Below are positions 53,601 to 64,000 of a DNA stretch of 64,000 nt, in pieces. The stretch spans positions 124,001-188,000 of the forward strand of contig NMRA01000285.1 of assembly GCA_002633005.1 (NCBI GenBank). The letters are read 5' to 3'. The position numbers and the translations under genes are program-made. Numbering within the stretch: position 1 is the stretch's first letter; the number at the start of each line of letters is the position of its first letter. The DNA comes from Phoronis australis. Lineage: Eukaryota > Animalia > Phoronida. The notes under the pieces were generated by a model. It had not been told where the DNA came from and searched no databases. It saw nothing but the letters and a program-made list of their open reading frames with translations.

Positions 53601-56600
53601 ATCTACTCTTAGGATGTGTACTTTATACGCAATGTCAACACAAGCCTTGCCTTCTTTCTGTACGATGCTCTGTCTCTCATGGACCGTGGCTATGTGTTCA
53701 ACTTACTCAAGAACTACTGCAGGCTGGTAAGATAGGCTTAACAATACAAGCAGTCATTATTACATTGGGGTGTTCATTGGATGCATCAGATGAAGACGTT
53801 AGTGAGGTTTTGATTACTTATAGTATTCTGGGTCGTACTGTTTGTTCCTGGCTGTTTACCAGTTCATTGTGTTTGAGGTTAGGTGACTTGATCGTGACAA
53901 GGAATAGGCATACCCAAAGTTACTGTCTTCTAAATTTTGACTTTTAAAGTCACATGCAGTACAAAATATGGAAACATCTGTTTCTGAATAGACGGCTTCT
54001 GATTGTTTCAGTCTTCAGCTTGAGTTGATGCCACAAAATTGATTTACCTAGCAGATTCAAGTGAGATTTTGTCTTTGTTTAAGTCTTAATCTGGAAACTC
54101 TACAGAACATGTGTGTAGATGCCACCAGCCTAGACCACTTTTATCGTATTATGCCAAGTGATCAGTCATTCATGTGCTTTGTGGTCCATTTCATTTGCTG
54201 TCCAATTTCGCCCAGGTCTCTGCCAAGATCAGCACCTTGCCTGATGCCACCAGCCTTATTCTTCTCAAGCTTGACTTCCTGCGCATCGTCTGCAGCCACG
54301 AGCACTTTGTTGCACTAAATCTGCCATTCGGCACGCCCACTACACCCTCTGCTCCTGTAAGCCCCTCCCCCAGTGTATCAAGTACCGCCTCCTATACATC
54401 CAACAGTACACTGGTGGAGAGGAGTACATACGCTGAGCTGACAACAGAGTTCCGTCAACATCACTTCCTGGTGGGACTGGTGCTGTCTGATCTAGTCACT
54501 GCTTTGGACTCGCAGTAAGTCACAGGCTGACAATTTCATCTCTGAAACTCACAAGCTACCATGTTAATCACTGGCAATTAGTCACATGGTAGTGAATTTG
54601 TCACAGGAACTCAATGGCTAGTGCATTCGCACAAAAAGTCATTATTGAGCGATGTTATCAGTGACAGTAACACACAGGCTAGCAAATGTCTTGATGATTA
54701 GAGAAATTTACAAGTTAAATGTCATCTTTAAAATTCTGTTGTTTGGATGTACAAGGAAAGTCTTGAAATTTTTGTATCATTGTGTTGGTACCATTGTGTG
54801 TATACGAGTTACATAAGACCTCAAGTATAATTTCCCAATCATAGTCTAGCCAACTTAGCAGTTCATACTAATAAGGGGTTACCAAAACCATAAGTCATCA
54901 AAAATCACTTTTTACGTATTGAAAATTCAAACAGGACTGATACTTTGTACTTGTCTAGCAATGGTGAGCCGTAGTACATGACCTCATTATTTGAACTCAA
55001 TATTTTTTAAAATGGTTACAAATTTCAACATTGGTTGTCATGAAGGTCCTCATTAGGTTAATCAAAAATGATACTTGTGTTTAATAGATTGAATACAATT
55101 AAGTTTTCAAGAGAGGAGATAACTCCAGGAGCACTTTCACTCTGGGTGTGGGTGGCAAGGTGTTGCAAAGTTTCAGTACAATTTTGAGATGTCTTTGAAG
55201 GTGAAATATTTTGTGTTGACTCTTCTTGAATGATTAGACATAAAGAATGTCCTTTAAAAAATTTGGTTTCTCACACCTTTAGTACAAACTTTCCCTTCAA
55301 AGTAGTGCATTTTAGGACTACGTATAGGGTTAAGAGGATTTTGTTAATTTTTATGTTGAAATATCACCAGAATAGCTTGAGTTGAAATCTTCCTAATATT
55401 GAGAAGAATGTTGTCATTGCAATGAGCTTAATAAGTCATTAGTGAACTATCTCAGTAACAGCGTTCCTCTCTCACGGTCCACAAGGGCATTCACATTAAT
55501 GCGCTCTGTTCTTTTCTCATTAATGCAAGTCTTTCTTGATGAGTTGTAGTAAGTAGCCGCAAGTCATTTCTTACCTACCACGAACATAAATAATATATAA
55601 AAAGACATTAGTGCTGCTCTCGGGCATTTTCAATTCGTACAAAAGGTATGCCTTCAACGTACCTCAAGCTTATATTTGACACGTGACCCACCTTGCTCTC
55701 ATAATTACACTGATAGTACTACATCTATAAATAGTAAAACTCACCCTAAGCCTGGAATAAATCAACACAAAATCAAATGTCTATCAAATCGATAATTGTT
55801 TGTGGGAAAAGAATGTGTTTCATAAACGAGATACAGTTTGTGACAAAAATGAGTTCATAGAAACTGAAATGTGGCTCATTAGAAGAGATCTACACCTTGC
55901 CAGTAAAGAACTCAGGCATAATTGAGAAGATGGTGTGTGCTGGTATGCTAAGAAGTGTAAAAAACAATGGTTTTGCATAAAGCACCAGTTTTGGATTTTC
56001 TTTATAGGAACACCAACGTCCATTCTCGAGCCATCAATGTTACACGCAATGTTCTCTTCTGCCATGACACCGACTCCAGGTTTACTGAGCCAGAGATCAA
56101 AGCAAGAGTCTCAGCTCTCTACTTGCCACTCATAGTCATAGTGGTAGACACCTTACCACAACTGTTCGACCCCTACGCTGAGGAAAGGGAGAAGATGGCT
56201 GACCTGTCTCCTCAAAGTGACAGGAAAAGTCATGAAATCGACGAGTCAGTCGCCATGGCAATAGCTGCGTCCAGTGTCTACAACAGTCAGAGTGGAGATG
56301 TTGATCAGTATGATCATGCAGCTAAGGTAGGCGGAGCTATTGCAATGCATGTTGTCATTCATTAGATCATGCATCTAAGGTAGGCGGAGTTATTGCAATG
56401 CATGTTGTCATTCATTGGATCATGCATCTAAGGTAGGCGGAGTTATTGCGATGCATGTTGTCATTCATTAGATCATGCATCTAAGGTAGGCGGAGTTATT
56501 GCGATGCATGTTGTCATTCATTGGATCATGCATCTAAGGTAGGCGGAGTTATTGCGATGCATGTTTTCATTCATTGGATCATGCATCTAAGGTAGGTGGA

Positions 56601-59600
56601 GTTATTGCGATGCATGTTGTCATTCATTGGATCATGCATCTAAGGTAGGCGGAGTTATTGTTTACACTTGGTTTGTTTTGATTCTCAAACATTCAATTTT
56701 AGGATTGTACAGACATTTAAGAGAAAGGGAGAAATAGATAGACTGGAATATTTCACTTATTGTCAAAAATGAATATTAGCTCAATAAATGAAAAAATTAC
56801 TGTATTCACAGTGATAAATATTTTGGGAACCTGGCATCTGCCAATTGACAAAACGTTAATGAACTGTATAGTAGTTTATAAAAGTCTCTGATTTGAATAT
56901 TAATGTGTAAGTTTGAAATCAAAAGGACGTGGCATTTGATAAATATTTTCTAGATTGTGTAGCACTGTTGCTGACTGCAGTCTCCTTTTGTTCCATTTAC
57001 AGGGTAGAAAGTGTGTGCTCAGCAGTGAGTCTAGCAGGAATCTACTGGTCTGTTTTGTCTGGGTGCTTAAGAACATCAGTCGACGTACACTGAGACAGCT
57101 GTGGTCAGAAATGTCTATTACCAAACTCAACCAAGTGCTTGACGTTCTCTACAACTGTATTTCAAATTTCGAGTATAAGGTTGGTAGTTGTATCTACATA
57201 TTTTATGTAATTTGATTTCGTACTGGAAAATGAAAATTACTCTGCAAACAATAGATTATTTTTTTCACATTGTAACCATCATCATTGGTGCCGAAACTTC
57301 AAAATTTTCGCTGAATTTTGAAGTTTTCCTTTTTGACAGCCAAGTTCTTTAATTGGCTAAAAGACCTCAACAGTTAATCTCAGACAGCTTTGTACTGAAT
57401 AGAATACAGAATTAAAGTTCATAAATTGCGTTCTAAAATTTTTTGTAGAAGGAAAGACTAAAACTAAAACCAATTAGTACAGATGGCAATAGCCGTTCAT
57501 TTTCTAACTTGTGCATGGATTTAGTGAACAGATATGAATACAGATTATCCTGAACCATGTTGTTGTGGTTTTATAGTCATCTACTTCAATTCTGGAATTT
57601 GGCAATTGCACATTTTAACCAACCGGTTGTTACTGAACAGGGGAGAAAATCTCGACAGATGTCACAGCAAATCATTAAGAAGAGCAGTGACATGAAGAGC
57701 AAGCTGGAAGAGGCCATTTTGGGCTCGGGGAGTGCGCGTAGTGAAATGATGAGTAGAAGGCGCACAGGTGGCTCAGCGCAGTTTTACATAGGTAGGTGCC
57801 TGTGTGAGGCGGCATTCAGTGTTGGTCTCGTGTGAAAATGAAATGAAAATGGATTGGGTCAATTTTAAGAGCCATTTTTTGACAATGTCAGGCAAAATGA
57901 GATATTGTGTGAACACGACATGTCGTGACAATCAATTTTTCCACACTGCAATATTTCATCATGTGTTGAACAAGCTTCAAAAATGCCATTGTTTGTTTTT
58001 CCACTAAGTTAAAAAATTGAATTTCATCAGTTTTCCTGTTGGACTGGTTATGGCTTTTCTTTATGATGCTACAACTGTCACAAACTGCTACGAATTCCTC
58101 TCTCCTTCCTCTCCCCAGAGACTGGACCACCCTCACCAGCCTTAGAGGGAGGCCGCCTTCGATGGCGCAAGGACCAGACTCAGTGGAAACAGGAACACAA
58201 AGGAATACACGTGGAGGGGTACGACCTTTGGCTTGTTGCCTTGGTGTCTGCATCTGTTTAAATAAGCTAAACTGGCTATTAACCTAGAATAACTTAGCGC
58301 TATGAAATTAGTCTCAAAGTTGATGTGAGCTCTGGTCTTGGAAAGTACTGAATATGCATTGTTGTTTGAGGCCAGACTCAAGTTCTTTGTCACCTCATAT
58401 CATTTTATTTGCCAAGTATGGTCTCGGGCAATAAGAAATAGTCAGTTCTTTGCAAGACCAAAAATCGCTTCTCATCTAAGTAAAAATCAAATTGATAGCG
58501 ATTTTGTACCATTAATTACTTCATAGCAAAGTTAGTTTCTTCGACGGAATGCGGGTTTATAGTCTCTTTGAATTAATACTGCGTTGATTAAAAGATTTAG
58601 CTCGCATGAACTTAATCACAACAAAAATATTGAGCCATGAGTTAGTAAATGAAAGTTCTTAAACAAATGAGTCCTTGACAAAGTGGATGAGTTTGGTACT
58701 TGCTGCGAGTAGTAAAAATTCAAAATGATTGTGTTCTCTGATAGACAAACAGTCCTGGAGCCTCTTGCTGCGAGTAGTAATTCAAAATGATTGTGTTCTC
58801 TGATAGACGAACAGTCCTGGAGCCTCAGATTAATTATCACGTGGAAGGCAATCTGTCGACGGAGGTGGCCATGACAGTGTTGGACATGTTAGAGTTGATT
58901 ACTCAGGTAAATATAATTGTGTTGTTATATGTTAGTAATAAGCAAGTCTTAGTATTCATACAAACCATGTGTTGGTCAAATCATGTGACCTATAGTTAAG
59001 CCTGAAAACAGCGTCTGTGCGGTTAGCAAGAAATCCTGGGTCCGAGCCCCGGTCGGGTTAAAAATCTTTTCAGACTTAATTACAGGTCATGTGATGTGAC
59101 CAACATATGGTGTGTATAAGACTAATAATTCTTATTTACTCTCAGGTAAATATTCATTGGTTAAGGGGTTGTTTCGCAGTATTGACGTAGTGTGTAAATT
59201 TATTATTGTTTGTGTAAAGCTCTTGTGATTGTTAAGTATAACTGCATTCTTGTTCTATGAATATGTTTTTGAACTGACATCCCATTGGCAACAGACAGCA
59301 GACAAACTAGTCTACTGATATAGCCTCTTGTTAGTCACTTGACTGGCACGTGTATCTGGTTTGACTTCTTTAGTCCATTAGTCTGTTGTGGGGCTCATTA
59401 TGCCAATCTGGTAATTACCTCCATGCTGCCAGAACTGCTGTTCATTGACAGCTGCTAGCATTCACTATGTTTCACCAAAATGTCATCGAAGAGCATTTCT
59501 TTGGTAAATGATCAATGAGGTGTGGGTGTTGGCCTAGCCTGATGATTGTAGACTGTCTAATGCACTCCATACCTATCCATAGAGCTCAATGTAACATGGT

Positions 59601-62600
59601 TAATGTAAAAGTTCAAGGTCAACTCTCACTTATATGGCTGTTTCACCTGATCATTGCTGGTGATCTTCTTATGAAACATTCTATGCAGTGCAGACTGTGT
59701 CATAGTACTGGAGTGCTAAGATATATTATGATGTGCATATTACTTGGAAAAAGCTACACTACATTCCTCCCCCTCCCCTGTTTCAGGTGGTGTCATCTTC
59801 AGACTCCATGCAGAGCCTGTTGACCAGTATAATGAGGGTGTTGTTACACATGATGACAGTCAACCAAAGTACAGTTGTACTGCAAAGTGTTTTTGCCACA
59901 CAGCGGTCAATTGTCTCAAAGGTGATGAGATATGATTAGGATTTCTCGTTGGAGCATAGTGAGCAGCGTGCATATGTTAGGCTGGCATTGTATTTACACT
60001 GAAAGATAACCAACGCTGCTTTTTGATAATTTTTTTATTGTATCAGCAGCTGTATGATGTTTTGACAATCTTCATTCATTTTAAAGTTGAAGTTTCTTTG
60101 GATTTTTGACCAGTCCTATAGAATATGTTATACAACATGTGCTAATAAAGTGAACTGATTTGTTGCCAGATGTAAATGTTCAAATGTTTCAAGGGTTGAC
60201 TTAGCATTAGTCCTGCATTTTGTTTTCAGATAATGAGCCCAGTCTGTCAGTGTGCACGTCATGACTGGGGGTGTATTGCTCCAACTTGCTGTTGTCTGAA
60301 CTATTTGATAAAGACACTAACTGTCAAATAAGCTCATGCCATCTCCATAATTGTTGTTGGACATTGCGTGTTTAATATCCGACTTTGTTTTTAGTTCCCA
60401 GAGTTACTGTTTGAAGAAGACACTGAACAGTGCGCTGACTTGTGTCTACGTCTGCTGCGCCACTGCAGCTCTAGTATGTGCACCATACGCACGCAGGCTA
60501 GTGCCTCCCTCTATCTGCTGATGAGGCAAAACTTTGAGAAGGGCAATGTATGATTTTTCGTTGATTGTTAATTGCAATTTTAAATTGTCAACTTTTCACT
60601 TACTACATCATTACCATTGTGTTTTTTGAGAATCAAAATTTCTTTGGAAAAGTTGTATTGTACGAGAAGATTCCAATTTGTGTAAGAAATATTTAGTTTG
60701 ATAAGTTCACAGCATTTGAAATATTTCAATTTTGTCTTCTGGAAAATTAGGATGCATCAGGAACAGAGAACAAAAGAAATAGAGTTAAGCGAAAAGATCA
60801 TGTTTTCAGTTTGATTTTCTATTCTGGTGATGGAAAAAATATTTTGCTTGAAACTGCAGTGAGTTTTATGCGGTTGATCTTTCAGAACTTTGCCAGGGTT
60901 AAGATGCAGGTGACAATGTCTCTCAGTTCACTGGTTGGACAAAGTCACACCTTTAACGAGGAATACCTGCGCAAGTCACTCAAGACAATTCTCACCTATG
61001 CAGAGGCAGATGTGGAACTACAGGAGACAACATTTCCTTCACAGGTAACCAGACGGACTTCTCTTTAACTGTCAGTTTCCTTACATCTGGTTATCTAGCA
61101 AATGATCATGTGATGATCCAACTAACATTATGGCATAACATAGACAGTATGAATCTACCATCACTTACCATTGGCACAGATATTCCTTAGGATACGAAAT
61201 CATCTGCATTGAACAAGCAGCCAATAAGGATGCACTTTAGATAATCCAACTCTCTGATCTCATTGACACATTTTACAATGGACTTACACTCACGTCTGTC
61301 TTGTTGAAACTTTGCTATTCCAAACGTTGGCAAAAATACCTTTCATGGAAAATTTGCTACCCAACGTCAGGCTTTTCAAGCGATTCACGGCACAAGTCAA
61401 TTGAAACAAATACTATTAAGTATCTGACAACGTTGTGAAAAGGTTAATGTTATAAAAATATAATTCACAGTTCTACGCAAGTCCACGAGGACTCCTTGGA
61501 GCTGGTAGTTGAGAGATCACTGAGAAAAATCTGTTAATGAAAGCAAATGGATCTATGCTCAGTGTAATTGTCTAATCATCCTTACAAGATGCGTGGATAA
61601 GCCTGGCAAAGTCATACTAGTTTGGCTATGGTATGAAGTGGTGTGTTAGTTGCTATAAAATTCTAAATTCAAATCTGGGGAAAAATTATCCAGTTCCTCC
61701 CATGTAACTTAGATCAGTGTGCTCCATTAGTTCAGATGTTGCACTGGTATACTCCAGAAAACATCTCTAATATGACTTTAATGTGTCGCAGAAAATGAAG
61801 CCCAGAAATCATAAGCGTCCTCATTTTGCTCATTGCCAGGTGAAGGAACTGGTGTTCAACCTTCACATGATTCTGTCCGACACAGTCAAGATGAAAGAGT
61901 TCCAAGAAGACCCTGAGATGCTGTTAGATCTCATGTATCGCATCGCCAAGGGATACCAGAACTCACCTGACCTGCGACTCACCTGGCTTCAGAATATGGC
62001 CCAGAAACACAATGAGGTGTGGCTCTCAGCATGTCAGGTTGCTTACTAATGTTTGCGTTTAGGCAGTCTTCACACATTCTTCTATTATATGATAGTCAAC
62101 AAGGCTGTTTTCCTGAGATATAACTGTGTTCTATTGCATTAGATTCAAAGCTATGTAAAAATACAAGTTTATATGTGATGCTCTATGGAAACAAAAAATC
62201 ATGAATTTAGTTTTCGTGCATTCACCAATGGTCGGTTTCAGTTGTACTTGGACAGTAATATAGATGCAAGAATTTCCAGTCACAATACACTAACCGGAAG
62301 CTGAGTATGCTATGTGTAGAGGGTGTCGCCTCTAGAAGAAAATGTCGGAGTTGCGAATCTGTTGTCTATAATCTATGACTACACAGTTGAAGTGTGATAC
62401 TGCGGCAGACTGACAACTATTTTGTGTTAATTGTCAACCTTTAGAAAAGTAATCACGCTGAAGCTGCCTTGTGCCTGGTTCACTCTGCTGGTCTAGTGGC
62501 TGAGTACCTCAACATGTTGGAGGACAGACCGCACTTGCCTGTTGGATGTGTAGTGTTTCAGGTGAGACCACAGGGTGTTTCACTCAGTAAGAGCATACAT

Positions 62601-63121
62601 GTAAACTGAATGTCATTGAACTTCACAGTGTTATCTTGTGTTACAAAAGTTTCGAAGTGGGATAATTTGGGTATGTCTGTTTTTGGCATTTTTGTTTAAT
62701 ATTGAATATTTCAGGGTGTGATCAATATCGAGTCTGTCGTTGTGTTTGCTCAGTGAAGTTGATCGCTGTGTTAATTCATTGAAGTTGGTCATCCTCCTGT
62801 GCTTGCAAAGTGAAATAAAGTACAAAATTGTTTAATGAGTTAATAATGCTGTGGTTTGTGTATTTGACAGATCATATTGTAAGTAAAAATAACTCAAAAG
62901 CCATTGACTTGCTTTTTGTCGACCAGCTACATAACTCTTGTACAAATTTTAAAGTAGTCAGAGTTATTTTTTTACAGAAAGTCTCGTTCAACGTGCTTGA
63001 AGAAAGTGCCGTATCAGATGATGTTGTCTCCCCTGATGAGGAGGGCATCTGCACTGGAAAGTTCTTCACAGAGATTGGCCTTGTGGGTCTGCTGGAGCAA
63101 GCGGCGGCCATGTTTAGTACG
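32615..63121 (+). CDS. DOCK7: dedicator of cytokinesis DOCK-C family GEF (DOCK6/7/8 co-orthologue), 3'-partial
   Basis: Exons: 32615-32655, 33738-33849 (dup 34964-35075), 35459-35634, 36691-36762, 37670-37796, 38405-38617, 39478-39630, 40175-40324 (dup 41197-41346), 41928-41993, 42658-42829, 43128-43296, 43614-43744, 44178-44340, 45223-45340, 45883-45953, 46258-46402, 46684-46791, 47199-47285, 48091-48307, 49216-49368, 49872-50030, 51975-52057, 52850-52945, 53136-53276, 53613-53726, 54216-54514, 56008-56326, 57003-57179, 57641-57767/57791, 58119-58218, 58807-58906, 59787-59921, 60395-60547, 60886-61044, 61840-62016, 62445-62561, 62978-63121. Peptides [73 protein letters not shown] and [25 protein letters not shown] are characteristic of DOCK6/7/8. 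Confidence 0.94.
32898..35352. repeat. ~1.23-kb tandem duplication around N at 34127 (contains DOCK exon 2 twice)
   Basis: 32898-34126 and 34128-35352 are nearly identical with scattered SNPs/indels; joined by a single N. Confidence 0.92.
35748..35978. repeat. CA-rich (cacaagca-type) simple repeat
   Basis: Direct reading; source of the low-complexity ORFs at 35502-36072. Confidence 0.92.
37294..37574. mobile_element. MITE (PIF/Harbinger-like), copy 2, inverted relative to 12472-12752
   Basis: Internal sequence is the diverged reverse complement of copy 1 (agccaagtaattatgagagcatc..tctagaaatgatt); flanked by CAG/CTG. Confidence 0.8.
39818..41874. repeat. ~1.02-kb tandem duplication around N at 40839 (contains DOCK exon 8 twice); each copy ends in a 23-bp minisatellite
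   Basis: 39818-40838 vs 40840-41874; unit gccagttgccttgtatatgcttg at 40743-40838 and 41757-41874. Confidence 0.92.
42298..42498. repeat. 28-bp minisatellite x7
   Basis: Unit gaacattgagtgtttcaggcatKggttg. Confidence 0.95.
44640..44800. repeat. 24-bp degenerate minisatellite
   Basis: Unit ggtttggtccatggtctgatctgt, ~6 copies. Confidence 0.85.
45223..47285 (+). CDS. DOCK7: DOCK DHR-1 (C2) domain exons
   Basis: [12 protein letters not shown]...[49 protein letters not shown]. Confidence 0.9.
50696..50722 (+). CDS. putative 27-nt DOCK microexon (EEYDEFDET)
   Basis: tttttgcttaccaag|AGGAATATGACGAGTTTGATGAAACAG|gtatca; phase 1-1, matches flanking exons, no stop codon. Confidence 0.6.
56312..56660. 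repeat. 53-bp minisatellite spanning a splice donor, ~6.6 copies
   Basis: Unit gatcatgcatctaag|gtaggcggagttattgcRatgcatgttgtcattcattR; the first copy overlaps the end of exon 56008-56326. Confidence 0.95.
61840..63121 (+). CDS. DOCK7: start of DOCK DHR-2 GEF domain (continues beyond window)
   Basis: [82 protein letters not shown]. Confidence 0.92.
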
Positions 63122-63542
63122 GTGAGTGTTGCTTGTGGTTAGGTGGAGACGAAAGTGGGACTCAGTGTGATACTGTCTTTTTAACTACATCACAAACAAA
63201 TATTCAGGTGCAGCTTGTTTCGGTGTTAAGAGTGTGTTCACTTCCTAAGTTTCTGCCAATTAAATGTCTCATCTAGGGTTGCTGATTGAGTATGAAACAC
63301 CATGGGGAAAATTATTCTTAAGATGTTTTTATCGGCATCGCCTGTAACAGTGTCATCTTTTTAAGGTTGGCAGCACTGTTTGAGGATTTCCTTGCAGAAT
63401 TAAATTTTGACATGTTTCGGCCTCTTAACAAGCATAAAAGTTGCTGAACCCAAATTTGGGAACAAAATAATACTCCAAATTCAAATTAAAATGATATATT
63501 GTATGCTATGCATTGAAACAAATCATGATCTTTTCCAAGTAC

Positions 63543-63733
63543 AAAGCATTCCCAAAGCATTCCCAAAGCATTCCCTAAGCATTCCCAAAGCATTCCCTAA
63601 GCATTCCCAAAGCATTCCCTAAGCATTCCCAAAGCATTCCCTAAGCATTCCCAAAGCATTCCCAAAGCATTCCCTAAGCATTCCCAAAGCATTCCCTAAG
63701 CATTCCCAAAGCATTCCCAAAGCATTCCCTAAG
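63543..63733. repeat. 11-bp minisatellite, ~17 copies
   Basis: Units agcattcccaa and agcattcccta. Confidence 0.95.
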
Positions 63734-64000
63734 AGCGATATTGCAAAAAAGTGTAATCACTGTCCTACAAAAGTCTGAAATATTTGACAATCAAATACCA
63801 GCAGTAGAGTGACGTGTTTATTAAAAAATTTCAAATCTTTTTGAAAACTCTCGTAAAATGTTGTCTGATTTCAATTTCATTAAAGTAATTTGAAACCATC
63901 AACTTAAATGGTAATCTCAATGTACTACTGTTGTGTCATAATTTCAATTAACAATTACTAGAGGGCACTACTTTCACATGTTAACAACTCGGTCATTTTG

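Noticed and set aside
59010-59062. tRNA-like segment (GGGTCCGAGCCCCGG, B-box-like)
   Set aside because: No complete cloverleaf; at most a SINE fragment.

Overview
Eukaryotic (bilaterian invertebrate-type, AT-rich, intron-rich) genomic DNA, not prokaryotic; most listed ORFs are exon-plus-intron read-throughs or noise. Three protein-coding genes, all on +: (1) the 3' part of an AHI1/Jouberin orthologue (24 coding exons, 32..20694; WD40 repeats + SH3; one GC-AG intron); (2) a leucine-rich-repeat gene with one large coding exon (27139..28215); (3) a DOCK-C family (DOCK6/7/8, most like DOCK7) GEF from ATG 32615 running off the window end inside DHR-2 (37 exons traced). Introns carry a full-length decayed DD37D (maT) Tc1/mariner element, two copies of a Harbinger-like MITE and a core-repeat element with nine regularly spaced CTCF-like motifs; a G-rich MITE lies between the LRR and DOCK genes, and minisatellites are scattered throughout. 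Two ~1.0-1.2 kb duplications joined by single Ns are probably uncollapsed haplotypes. The most unusual feature is a ~370-bp GC-rich non-coding island (31420..31795) about 0.8 kb upstream of the DOCK start codon. On the minus strand it folds by eye into a modular multi-hairpin RNA, with G-U pairs favouring that strand and a possible H box/short hairpin/ACA tail. All exon boundaries and folds were derived by manual reading; no searches or folding programs were run.
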